DNA from: Rickettsiales bacterium
GTDB taxonomy: Bacteria; Pseudomonadota; Alphaproteobacteria; Rs-D84
Length of the DNA: 64,000 nt
Assembly (NCBI GenBank): GCA_031283185.1
Contig: JAITCH010000003.1
Coordinates: forward strand, 39,900 to 103,899
Direction: 5' to 3'
Shown here: in pieces, positions 44,491 to 53,142 of the stretch
How the letters are laid out: each line of letters starts with the position of its first letter
Numbering within the stretch: the first letter of the stretch is position 1
The notes under the pieces: model-generated
What the model was told of the DNA's origin: nothing
Database searches by the model: none
What the model saw: the letters and a program-made list of their open reading frames with translations, nothing else
Made by a program: the position numbers and the translations under genes

Positions 44491-45519
44491 TTATTCAATA
44501 ATAATCTGCACGACTTTGTGTAGGCGACCTTTTTGAGTGGCGTTGATGGGCATTTTTTCATCCGGGTTGAACAGGAAGCCGTATAATTTTCCGTCATCCA
44601 TATTTTCTTTAACGACTACGATGTGTGCGACTATGGATTCGCCTTCTTTTATGTCGGAGTAGTTTTTCGGCAGCAAGACTGCGAGGTCGCCGGCCTGCAC
44701 ATTTGCGGACGGATTGACCAAGGCATATGACCGCGCGGGCAATACATTTTGCAAGCGACGCGAGTTAGGCATAATGGCATATATGTCGGGTTGACCTTCA
44801 AGTGCGGCTGGCGCGATGATCATTTTATCTTCGGATTTTTTGAATGCGATGGCATTGTCTTGGGGCGCGCCGAAGATAGGGATCATGCGATTGCGAGTCA
44901 GTTCATACATTTTCGCGCCGTAAAGGGTTCCTGCGACATTTATACCGGAAAGGTTTCCACCGGACATAGTGATAGATTTGGGTGCTTCTGCCGGGGCATC
45001 GGATTTAGTTTTCAGTTTGCCGGATTCGTGAAGTTGATATATATCGCGGATAAGGTTTTCGGGGGTGCGTTGCACCATAGTGGCAAGGTTTTTAATTTCG
45101 TCTTCATAGACATCGCGTTGCCCGACTTCAATGTGGTGATATACGGACAGGGTCATCTTTGCATCTTTGGCTGCCTGGACGATGGTTTTTCCCATATTCT
45201 TGCGAATGTGGCGAAGACCTGCGCCAAAGATTTTAAGGCCGGAATCTTCATTTTTCTTAAAGCGGCGGGACATTTCGGATTGCCATTCTTCAATGGCGTC
45301 TTTGTCGTTTTCTTTGATGAACAGGTCGGAAATTTTGCAACCGAGAACTTCGCAAAGTTTCAGCATAACCTTTTGGTTAATGCGGCGATAGCCCTTTTCG
45401 ATTTTAGACATCGCGGACAGGGATAAGTTGGTCTGCTTTGCGAGTTCGGTCATTTTTATGCCGGATTCCAGGCGGATTTTGCGTAGATTGTTTGCGAAAC
45501 AAATTTCTTCCAAGGCCAT
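44491..45519 (-). CDS. XRE-family regulator with two HTH domains and a CI/S24-like C-terminal domain
   Basis: 342 aa from ATG 45519 (AGGAG SD); HTH1 NLRKIRLESGIKMTELAKQTNLSLSAMSKIEKG, HTH2 LRHIRKNMGKTIVQAAKDAKMTLSVYHHIEVG; the longer ORF upstream is repeat-derived. Confidence 0.8.
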   Translation of the reverse strand: MALEEICFANNLRKIRLESGIKMTELAKQTNLSLSAMSKIEKGYRRINQKVMLKLCEVLGCKISDLFIKENDKDAIEEWQSEMSRRFKKNEDSGLKIFGAGLRHIRKNMGKTIVQAAKDAKMTLSVYHHIEVGQRDVYEDEIKNLATMVQRTPENLIRDIYQLHESGKLKTKSDAPAEAPKSITMSGGNLSGINVAGTLYGAKMYELTRNRMIPIFGAPQDNAIAFKKSEDKMIIAPAALEGQPDIYAIMPNSRRLQNVLPARSYALVNPSANVQAGDLAVLLPKNYSDIKEGESIVAHIVVVKENMDDGKLYGFLFNPDEKMPINATQKGRLHKVVQIIIE

Positions 45520-45540
45520 TGCCAACTCCTTTCTATTTAA

Positions 45541-45773
45541 TTCCCCGCCAATGGTGGCGGGGTGTCGCGCCGTAGCAAAGCGTAGGCGGACGGGGTGGTT
45601 AGATTTTTTCGTGTCAACATCATAGGCAACATTGTCAACTTTGTCAAGTATTAATTGAAAGCGGGTGGGGGTCTCCCGACCCCCACCCGTCATCCCCGCG
45701 AAGGCGGGAATAGGGCTCTTAATTCCCCTTCGCTGGCGAAGGGGTGGACGCGAAGCGGACGGGGTAGTGGTAG
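45541..45773. repeat. pile-up of palindromic elements (B, GC hairpin, D, B)
   Basis: 45541-45602 (B), 45663-45688 (gggtgggggtctcccgacccccaccc), 45689-45715 (D), 45723-45773 (B). Confidence 0.85.
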
Positions 45774-45828
45774 TTTCACATTAAATTACACTTTTTTCTG
45801 TAATGAAAATATGATATAATAGTCGCAA

Positions 45829-48768
45829 ATGAACACGAATAAATTTGCATTTTTGGCGATTTGCGGTGGATTTCTGCTGACTATGGCGGCGGATTCCGCG
45901 CCATCTCCGCGCGGTGGTGGACGCGGTGCGCCTGCGGCTGCTCCGGCGGGCGGCGCGCCTGTTGCATCGGCAAGATCTGCTACGACCCGCGGCGGCGGTG
46001 CACCGACTGCAACGGCGGCGGCACCATCAGCTGAGCCGGTGGCGAGTGCGCGTTCAGCGACAACCAGGGGCGGCGGGGCACCTACGGCTACTGCGGCTGC
46101 TCCGGCAGGCGGCGCGCCTGTGGTTTCGGCTCGGTCTGGCGTAAAGCAGACGACAATTCAGAAAAATGTAACGGTTAACCAGGCGGTGCAGGCGAGCGGC
46201 ATTTATGACGAAGAGTGTAAGACTATGCTGTTCGGATGCTTTGACCAGTTTTGTTTTGCAGGGAATGAGAATGGGGCAAGATGTAATTGTTCCAATGACA
46301 AGGATCCGATTGATAAATTGGCGGATGAAATTGCATCGCTTGAAAAGCAGGCGATAAATATATCCACGACCGGGGTGGAGACTGTTGCGCTGGGCGCAAA
46401 GGCGAATGTTATATTTGGAGACGGACAGATTCAGTATGATAAAGATGGCAATATAATTGATACTGCCAAGGTTGCGCGGGACGAGGCTACGGGCAAGACT
46501 GCGGCCAAGAAAGAAAAGCGCAAATTGACTTTTGGTTCGGACGATCTTGATGACTTGGATGACGGCGGCTTTGACGAGATGTTTGATAGTTCTGTGGCTG
46601 GCGCGGGCAAAAAGGGCCAGGCGTTGTTCCGTAGCGCGTATGATTCGTGCAAGGGCAAAGTTCCGCAGAATTGCCAAAAAGACATGCAGATGCTGATGCA
46701 GGTTTATAATGCGAGCATTGCATCAGATTGCAAGGGCTATTCGATAGAGATGGAGTCGCGGAAAAAGCAGATGTTGGCCAAGGTTGAAGAGGCCAAGAAA
46801 ATGGTGCGCGATGCACATATAGAGGCTTATGAAGAACAGAATAAATACAATCGCGGCGAATGTATGTTGGAATTTCGGAAATGTATGGCGGACAAGGACA
46901 GGGGCGGCTGCGGAACGGATTTCTCAGGATGCGCTGGTGCGGCGGGTCAGGCAAAGTTGACATTGGATGAAAAGAACAAAGTCGCGCAGAAAAGCCGGAC
47001 TATGACGAATGCGTCTGTGCCGGATGAAAATATCACGATTACATTTGCGGCCAGCACAATGGAAGTTTTAGAAAGCAAAAGATTTGTGTGCGAGCGCGTG
47101 TTGGATCAGTGTATGTCTGTGCGTCAGTTTGTGTGGGGTGATTTCTTGCGTGAAGTTGCGCCGACTATGCGCCAGGCGGAATTGAATTCGGAAAGTAATT
47201 TGCGTCAGAATTGTCTTAAAAATGTTACGGATTGTGTGCATAACGCGTGCCAGTCGGATATGGCTGGGACTGGTGCGGATATGAATATGTGTTTGGGCAA
47301 TCCCGATATGGCGAAAAGTTTCTGCAAGGTTCAGATAGACCAGTGTCAGATAGTGCAGGGCGAAGGTTTGTGGGAGGCGGTCAAATCGAGATTAGCGGCG
47401 ATGCGGGTTGATGCTTGCACGGACGAAGTGAAGAGTTGCTTTAAGAACGAGAATCGTTGTGGCGATACATATACGGCTTGTATTGGATTGGACTTGGCGG
47501 CGTTAAAGCAGATGTGCCCGTTGGACGCGTTGCCGGTCTGCACGAAGAATAGCACGATAAAATCTTGGGACGATGGCATATCACAGATAGTGCAGGGTAT
47601 ATTTCTGAATGTTGATAATAGTATGCTTACGGAATGCCAGAATCTGGTGGATAATAAGATGAACGAGATTTGCGGTGAAACACACGAATGCCTTGCTTTC
47701 ACATCAGACGACGACATCGGCGCAAGCCAGTTGCATGGCAATAAAGCCCCCAATGGTAATTGGCTTATAACTGGTTTAATTCAATTTGGCTTAATTGATA
47801 TAAAACTTGATAGCAATCAGAATGCAAACAGGGTTGAAGATCGGGATCGCAATGCGAATTGGTATGTTATAGACACTTCAACTTATATGGGTAAATTATG
47901 CGGGGTTAATGATGTTAATGGCAACTGCACTGATATAGCAGGTGTTAATGCCACGGAGATAAAGGGTGTTATAGAGGCGGAATTAAAAAACATCCAGGGT
48001 CGCGCGAACAAGGTTATGGATATGATTGCGACCGATCCAAAGATTTCTATGTGTATCAATGGACGCGATATGAGCCAAATCACAGGCGGTAGTCAGACAG
48101 AGGCGCGTTTCCCGAATCTTTTGCAGTCAACTTCTGCACAGGTTATGAATGCGGCGATATTAAAGGCAAGCCAGAATCATGCTAAAAAGGTGGCAGAAGA
48201 AACTGCGAAGGCTCTCAAAGAGGCTAATGCTGATGCCAAAAATTCGCTTTGCATTGATATGATAGAAAAACTAATTAGGTCGAAGGAAAATCAGAATCAG
48301 TTAGGTGCTCGGGAGCAGGGCAAATTGGACGGCGTTAAATTATCTAGTATTGCGGTTGAAATATCCGCATTAAAATCTGAATCTGGTAAAAGTGTTAGAC
48401 CGATGTCGCCTGAATATAAAATAGATACGAGTGGCATTACAAAAGTGGATGAAAAAGGTATTATGACTCAGATTGTTGGTGCGGCTGGTGTTGGTGGTGC
48501 GGTTACGGCTCTTGCATTAACCGCCGCCTCGCCGGCCGGATGGGTTATGGCTGGTATTGGCCTTGTTGGTGCGCTCGCTAGCAATATCTTTGGTGGCGCG
48601 ACAAGTATTGATATAAACGGTACTATACAGAGTTCATTTGATAAAGAAACATTAACTTGCACGGTTAAAAAGAATATAAAAACTTGCAAAACTACAAAGG
48701 GCGGTTGGTTCACAAAAACGAAACAAGATTGCAAAGACGACAATACCACTACCCCCATTAAAATGTAA
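45829..48768 (+). CDS. secreted cysteine-motif family protein, member 5 (largest, C-terminal Gly-rich TM segments)
   Basis: 979 aa; signal peptide; tandem ASARSATTRGGGAPTATAAAP repeat; CKTMLFGCFDQFCFAGNENGARCNCS at 46216-46293; second motif ECMLEFRKCMADKDRGGCGTDFSGC. Confidence 0.88.
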   Translation: MNTNKFAFLAICGGFLLTMAADSAPSPRGGGRGAPAAAPAGGAPVASARSATTRGGGAPTATAAAPSAEPVASARSATTRGGGAPTATAAAPAGGAPVVSARSGVKQTTIQKNVTVNQAVQASGIYDEECKTMLFGCFDQFCFAGNENGARCNCSNDKDPIDKLADEIASLEKQAINISTTGVETVALGAKANVIFGDGQIQYDKDGNIIDTAKVARDEATGKTAAKKEKRKLTFGSDDLDDLDDGGFDEMFDSSVAGAGKKGQALFRSAYDSCKGKVPQNCQKDMQMLMQVYNASIASDCKGYSIEMESRKKQMLAKVEEAKKMVRDAHIEAYEEQNKYNRGECMLEFRKCMADKDRGGCGTDFSGCAGAAGQAKLTLDEKNKVAQKSRTMTNASVPDENITITFAASTMEVLESKRFVCERVLDQCMSVRQFVWGDFLREVAPTMRQAELNSESNLRQNCLKNVTDCVHNACQSDMAGTGADMNMCLGNPDMAKSFCKVQIDQCQIVQGEGLWEAVKSRLAAMRVDACTDEVKSCFKNENRCGDTYTACIGLDLAALKQMCPLDALPVCTKNSTIKSWDDGISQIVQGIFLNVDNSMLTECQNLVDNKMNEICGETHECLAFTSDDDIGASQLHGNKAPNGNWLITGLIQFGLIDIKLDSNQNANRVEDRDRNANWYVIDTSTYMGKLCGVNDVNGNCTDIAGVNATEIKGVIEAELKNIQGRANKVMDMIATDPKISMCINGRDMSQITGGSQTEARFPNLLQSTSAQVMNAAILKASQNHAKKVAEETAKALKEANADAKNSLCIDMIEKLIRSKENQNQLGAREQGKLDGVKLSSIAVEISALKSESGKSVRPMSPEYKIDTSGITKVDEKGIMTQIVGAAGVGGAVTALALTAASPAGWVMAGIGLVGALASNIFGGATSIDINGTIQSSFDKETLTCTVKKNIKTCKTTKGGWFTKTKQDCKDDNTTTPIKM

Positions 48769-48789
48769 ATCAGATAAATATCAAACCAT

Positions 48790-49071
48790 ATGATAAAATC
48801 ATTCGCCTGTGTGGAAACACAAAAGATTTTTGATGGAATAATTTCCAGGAAATTTCCCCCAGATATACAATCCCGGGCTATGCGTAGGTTGATATTACTT
48901 GATGCTGCTGAAAATCTAGACGACCTGCGAATCCCGCCGTCCAATCATTTGGAAAAACTATCCGGCGATCGTGCAGGGCAATACAGCATTCGCATAAATG
49001 ATAAATACCGCATCTGCTTTGACTGGCGCAACAACGAATCCCAAAATGTAGAAATCGTGGATTATCACTGA
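48790..49071 (+). CDS. higB: HigB-type toxin (plasmid maintenance system killer family)
   Basis: 93 aa; MIKSF...LDAAENLDDLRIPPSNHLEKLSGDRAGQYSIRINDKYRICF...VEIVDYH. Confidence 0.9.
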   Translation: MIKSFACVETQKIFDGIISRKFPPDIQSRAMRRLILLDAAENLDDLRIPPSNHLEKLSGDRAGQYSIRINDKYRICFDWRNNESQNVEIVDYH

Positions 49072-49131
49072 AAATTAACTTGACATTACGCATTACATAA
49101 TATATAATAGCATTGAAAAAAGGTGATTATT

Positions 49132-49458
49132 ATGTCCAAATACATTGAACCCGACCATATCGGCACAATCCTTAAAGAAGAATTTATGGAATCCAACGGG
49201 CTTTCTATGAACGCGCTTGCGAATGCCATTGGCGTTCCTGCCAACCGCATACACGGGATTGTCCACGGGCTGCGCGGAATAACCGCAGATACCGATTTGC
49301 GTCTGACGCTCTTTTTCGGGCTGTCTCAGGGTTTTTTCCTGCGAATACAAAACCGCATTGATATGACCATTGCAAGGCAAGAACTGGACGAACAAATTGC
49401 AACAATAATTCCTATTAAATCCAATAGCCAATTCCATCCATCCGCCAGCACAATATAA
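49132..49458 (+). CDS. higA: HigA-type antitoxin (XRE HTH)
   Basis: 108 aa; GTILKEEFMESNGLSMNALANAIGVPANRIHGIVHGLRGITADTDLRL. Confidence 0.9.
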   Translation: MSKYIEPDHIGTILKEEFMESNGLSMNALANAIGVPANRIHGIVHGLRGITADTDLRLTLFFGLSQGFFLRIQNRIDMTIARQELDEQIATIIPIKSNSQFHPSASTI

Positions 49459-49459
49459 A

Positions 49460-49543
49460 TTCCCCTTCGCTTGATGTAGTCGCACAAAAGTCCCCTTCGC
49501 TGGCGAAGGGGTGGATGCCGCAGGCAGACGGGGTAGTGGTAAT
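49460..49543. repeat. family B element with partial duplication
   Basis: ttccccttcgc...tcgcacaaaagtccccttcgctggcgaaggggtggatgccgcaggcagacggggtagtggtaat. Confidence 0.8.
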
Positions 49544-49588
49544 AAATCCCCACTTCACACCTCGCACTAAATATGCTATAATATATTT

Positions 49589-50641
49589 ATGAGAGAGAAA
49601 CCAAAAAAGATAGCCGTTATTACGACCGGGGGCGATTGTTCCGGCCTTAATTCCACCATATTCAACCTTATTCGCGGTTGCGAGGCCCGCGGCTGGGAAC
49701 TGGTCGGCGTCCAAAACGGCACAGAGGGTCTAATCGAAGACCGCGTCATTCCGCTGAACCGCGACACACTGCCATATTCATCCATAAACATATCCGGATC
49801 GTTCCTGAAAAGCGGCACTTATGGCCTCAGTAAATACTATTGGGACGGCAGCAAGAACGGCATTTTCAAATTGCTCCGCGCGGGAATCACTCGCCTTGGC
49901 GCGGACGCGATAATCCATATTGGCGGGAACGGGTCTATATCTTGGGGCTATACGATTCCAGAACTTTACGACGGCGTGCAGGTAATTTTCGTTCCCAAAA
50001 CGATTGATATGGATGTGCCGTTGACGCGCGACCTGATTGGCTTTGCGACCGGGATTCAGCAGTTGACCACATATATAGACGGCATCGCACAGTCAGCCCG
50101 CAGCCACGCCCGTTGGTTTGTGGTCGAGGCTATGGGTCGTGATTCCGGGCACTTGGCCTTGCGCGGCGGCCTGGCGGGTGGCGCGGATGCGATTGTCTTG
50201 CCGGAAATAGAGGTCGAAATGCCTGACCTGGTAAAATTCGTTAAATCAACCAACCGCGATTATGGAATAGTAGTGGTGGCCGAAGGCGCGGACTTGAAGG
50301 CGAACGCAATCGCCGCCGCATTGACCAAGGTCGGAATCTCGGCACGGGCAACGAACGCGGATTATTTTCAGCGCGGCGGAATTACGATTGCGAACGACAG
50401 GATTTTAAGTGCGCGCTTTGCGGCGGCGGCATTGGACGCGGTGGCAAGGGGCGAAACGAAATGTATGGTTCGGACGGACGAGGGCGGTCGTTTTTCGGTA
50501 GTCAGCCTTAAAGAACTTTACGAGGCGGGCGAAGTTGCGAAAGATCCGAATGTTCCACGGATGAAAGTAAGTTTTGAAGTTGTGCGTCCAGACGATCCAT
50601 ATTTGGAAGCCGCCCGCAAATCCGGCATCTTCCTCGGCTAA
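49589..50641 (+). CDS. pfk: 6-phosphofructokinase (PfkA family, atypical motifs)
   Basis: 350 aa; KIAVITTGGDCSGLN, IGGNGS, VPKTIDMDV, VVEAMGRDSGHLAL. Confidence 0.85.
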   Translation: MREKPKKIAVITTGGDCSGLNSTIFNLIRGCEARGWELVGVQNGTEGLIEDRVIPLNRDTLPYSSINISGSFLKSGTYGLSKYYWDGSKNGIFKLLRAGITRLGADAIIHIGGNGSISWGYTIPELYDGVQVIFVPKTIDMDVPLTRDLIGFATGIQQLTTYIDGIAQSARSHARWFVVEAMGRDSGHLALRGGLAGGADAIVLPEIEVEMPDLVKFVKSTNRDYGIVVVAEGADLKANAIAAALTKVGISARATNADYFQRGGITIANDRILSARFAAAALDAVARGETKCMVRTDEGGRFSVVSLKELYEAGEVAKDPNVPRMKVSFEVVRPDDPYLEAARKSGIFLG

Positions 50642-50701
50642 CATCCCCAACCTATCTCCCTGTGTAAAATCCCTGCCCACCTCCGAGGCAGTGCAAAAAA
50701 A

Positions 50702-50956
50702 TCCCTGCCCCCTTGAGGGGCGGGGCGGTCGCCTGTTTCGGCGACCGGGGGTGGGGGTATCGTAAGTTAATCGCACAAAAGTCCCCTTCGCTGGCGAAGG
50801 GGTGTCAGCCAAAGGCTGACGGGGTAGTGGTAATAAAACCCAAACGGCACCTTTGGTGCCGTCATCCCGGCGGCTTGTCGCGCCGTAGCGAAGCGTAGGC
50901 GGAAGGCCGGGATATTTGTAATAAGTCATCCCCCGATTTAATCGGGGGATCTCGGC
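50702..50956. repeat. pile-up of palindromic elements (C, B, A/B hybrid, A)
   Basis: 50702-50758 (C), 50771-50834 (B), 50862-50919 (hybrid), 50925-50956 (A). Confidence 0.85.
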
Positions 50957-50978
50957 TAAATAAAAACCAACACTCAAA

Positions 50979-51302
50979 CTATTTAACTTCGCGGACTTTG
51001 ACTTTGAAGACAACCGATTTACCTGCCAAGTCCGGGTAATAGTTCATTGGAAATACAACATTCACATCCTTTTCATCGCCGGGCTTTGTTCCGACCAACT
51101 GGCTTTCGAATCCAGGAACGAATGCGTTGCTGCCCAGCATCAGCGGGTATTTTTCCGCACTGCCGCCCGGGAATGTATCGCCGTTGAGATAACCGACAAA
51201 GTCGATGACGACCGTATCGCCCATTTTGGCTGTCTTGGCATCTGATTGCCCGCAGGCGAAAGTGAATGCCGCGCAAATTATTATGCTAAGTATTTTTTTC
51301 AT
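50979..51302 (-). CDS. exported lipoprotein consisting of a trigger-factor-type FKBP PPIase domain
   Basis: 107 aa; signal/lipobox [17 protein letters not shown]; [44 protein letters not shown] aligns with the trigger factor PPIase domain. Confidence 0.8.
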   Translation of the reverse strand: MKKILSIIICAAFTFACGQSDAKTAKMGDTVVIDFVGYLNGDTFPGGSAEKYPLMLGSNAFVPGFESQLVGTKPGDEKDVNVVFPMNYYPDLAGKSVVFKVKVREVK

Positions 51303-51383
51303 TGTTTTTCTCCTTGTCTGTCCCTCTATTTTAGTAATTTTATTCCCTGTTTGTAAAGAGGAAAATAAATAGGGTAAAAATCC

Positions 51384-51986
51384 CTATCTAAATTCCAAAA
51401 CTTTGAACTTGAATGCCTTGGCTGCGTCTCCTGCCTCCAAGATTCGGGCAAAGTCCTCTTTCAGTCCCGGCTCGTATGCGACTTTCAGGTATTTAACCTG
51501 GTCGTCATCCACGCGCTTGTCCGCATCTGTCCAGGTTCTAAGACGGATGGACACCTTATAGTATTCTTCTTCGGGTTCTATGCTGACGACGAAGACATCG
51601 CGCTTTCCGTGCCGGGACGCGATTTCCTCAATTTCCGGCAGAACTTCATCTGACCAAATTTCGAACACTTCTGGCACAGAGGCGGAATATACGAACGAGT
51701 GCCGCGGATCTTTTGTCGCTCGAATTTTTGCATCTCCCAAATCCGGCACGGCGTAATAGGCATCATAAATCCATCGCCGGATCAGCAGGTCGATCATTCG
51801 TTTTTCGGACACATCATCTGCGGCGATAAGTTCTGCGCGCGCGGCGGCATAGTCCGAAGTCTGAAACACGATTGGTTCCACTCCGGCTTTTTTCGCGGAT
51901 GAAAATATGAATGCGGAAAGTGTGCCGGCGGCGAGCCCGAGTGCCAGAATCATCATCATAACCAAAGCGTTTATAAACTTTTTCAT
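51384..51986 (-). CDS. membrane-anchored hypothetical protein (possible VirB8/DotI-like NTF2 fold)
   Basis: 200 aa from ATG 51986 (MKKFINALVMMMILALGLAAG); single N-terminal TM; function call is speculative. Confidence 0.65.
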   Translation of the reverse strand: MKKFINALVMMMILALGLAAGTLSAFIFSSAKKAGVEPIVFQTSDYAAARAELIAADDVSEKRMIDLLIRRWIYDAYYAVPDLGDAKIRATKDPRHSFVYSASVPEVFEIWSDEVLPEIEEIASRHGKRDVFVVSIEPEEEYYKVSIRLRTWTDADKRVDDDQVKYLKVAYEPGLKEDFARILEAGDAAKAFKFKVLEFR

Positions 51987-51987
51987 A

Positions 51988-52776
51988 TCACTCCCAGAAG
52001 TAATAAAATTCCGAAACATATTGCCCCATATGCTTAGGATAGGTTTGATTGTTCGTGCTGATGCGGACAAATGCCTCTACGGGTTTCCGCCCGCGTTGCA
52101 CCAGATTGCTGTTGCCGGACACATCATAATCGATTACATCAAATTTCAGCCGCCACATAGTTCCGCTGCCGCTGAATTCGACATTGCCGATGGGTTCGGC
52201 TGCGACATCGACTTCGCCACGATCATTGGTGGCGACCGCTTGGGATTTTTTGCTATCAAACATCCGCCAGTAAATGACCACGAAGTTATTCACAAAGTTT
52301 CTGAATACTTCCGAGTTGGTCATACAGCAAAGTTCTGAACCCATATTTTCCTCGACTACGCCGCATCGGCCGTTGTCTCGGTCGCAAGTTTTCCAGTTGG
52401 CTTCATTTGCCGCACGCGAGTATGAAACGGAGAACCATCTACGGACAAAGTCGCGGGCTACGGATTCTTGAATAAGGCGCATTGTCATTTTGCGTTGTTC
52501 ATCGGTAGACCAGTCTTTTGATTCATCTATGACGACCCATTTTCCTTGATTGCTGCTAAGGGCGGTTTTGGTATTGGGTCGTGGGTCGGCCATAATGACT
52601 ACGGCTTTGGAGTTGTGATGTTGTTTTACGAAGATTATTGCTCCGCCGAGTGCTGCGATGATTGCCGCGCCGAGCATAAGCGCGATGGCGAGTATGCGGC
52701 AAAGTTCTATAAATCTATTTTCCGGCGCAGTAGGAATGTCAAATCTTTGCGGATATTCCGGATTGGGTATAGTCAT
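51988..52776 (-). CDS. membrane-anchored hypothetical protein (possible VirB8/DotI-like)
   Basis: 262 aa; short cytoplasmic N-terminus, one TM (ILAIALMLGAAIIAALGGAIIF), ~200-aa periplasmic domain; stop abuts next start. Confidence 0.7.
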   Translation of the reverse strand: MTIPNPEYPQRFDIPTAPENRFIELCRILAIALMLGAAIIAALGGAIIFVKQHHNSKAVVIMADPRPNTKTALSSNQGKWVVIDESKDWSTDEQRKMTMRLIQESVARDFVRRWFSVSYSRAANEANWKTCDRDNGRCGVVEENMGSELCCMTNSEVFRNFVNNFVVIYWRMFDSKKSQAVATNDRGEVDVAAEPIGNVEFSGSGTMWRLKFDVIDYDVSGNSNLVQRGRKPVEAFVRISTNNQTYPKHMGQYVSEFYYFWE

Positions 52777-52806
52777 AATAAGATCTCTCCCCTCGCGCCC
52801 TTGTGA

Positions 52807-52953
52807 TTATCCCATATAAACCATCATACAGGCGCAGGGCGAAAGTTTCAGTTCGTCTTGGTCGTATCCGACACCGACTGGGTCTTTGATGTAGACTTGA
52901 CCGCAGCCTGCGACTGCAAAGGCGATTAAGAATGCGAGTAAAACTTTTTTCAT
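52807..52953 (-). CDS. small lipoprotein (48 aa, below ORF-track cutoff)
   Basis: Reverse strand reads MKKVLLAFLIAFAVAGCGQVYIKDPVGVGYDQDELKLSPCACMMVYMG*; lipobox VAGC; heads the 52953-50979 operon. Confidence 0.6.
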   Translation of the reverse strand: MKKVLLAFLIAFAVAGCGQVYIKDPVGVGYDQDELKLSPCACMMVYMG

Positions 52954-53079
52954 TAAAATTCTCCCTTATTAAAGGGGATTATAGAAATTTTGCGCCCCCC
53001 TGGTCAACAGATAAATTCCCCTTTGCTGTTCGCCGACCCCGCCACCATTGGCGGGAGATTTTTACCAATAAAATATAAC

Positions 53080-53106
53080 TTGACAAAAAGCGGGGGGGGG
53101 TATAAT
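53080..53106 (+). promoter_or_regulatory. sigma70 promoter with G9 homopolymer in the spacer
   Basis: TTGACA (53080-53085), 15-nt spacer AAAAGCGGGGGGGGG, TATAAT (53101-53106). Confidence 0.6.
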
Positions 53107-53142
53107 CCGTAATGAAAATACTTAAAAAAGGAGAATCAACAA

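Noticed and set aside
45520-45693. N-terminal extension of the XRE regulator ORF (400-aa version starting at 45693)
   Set aside because: The extra 58 residues (..[15 protein letters not shown]..) are the translation of family B and hairpin repeat elements. An internal ATG at 45519 has a good AGGAG SD and begins directly at the HTH domain.
46054-47753. Minus-strand ORFs inside cysteine-family member 5 (46054-46677, 46431-46685, 46487-46963, 47346-47753)
   Set aside because: They are antisense to a gene supported by a signal peptide and both family Cys motifs, and they have no independent signals.
48790-49458. higBA as part of a novel system with the upstream cysteine-family gene
   Set aside because: Both proteins are textbook HigB/HigA. 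Adjacency to member 5 is most simply explained by TA modules accumulating in accessory regions.
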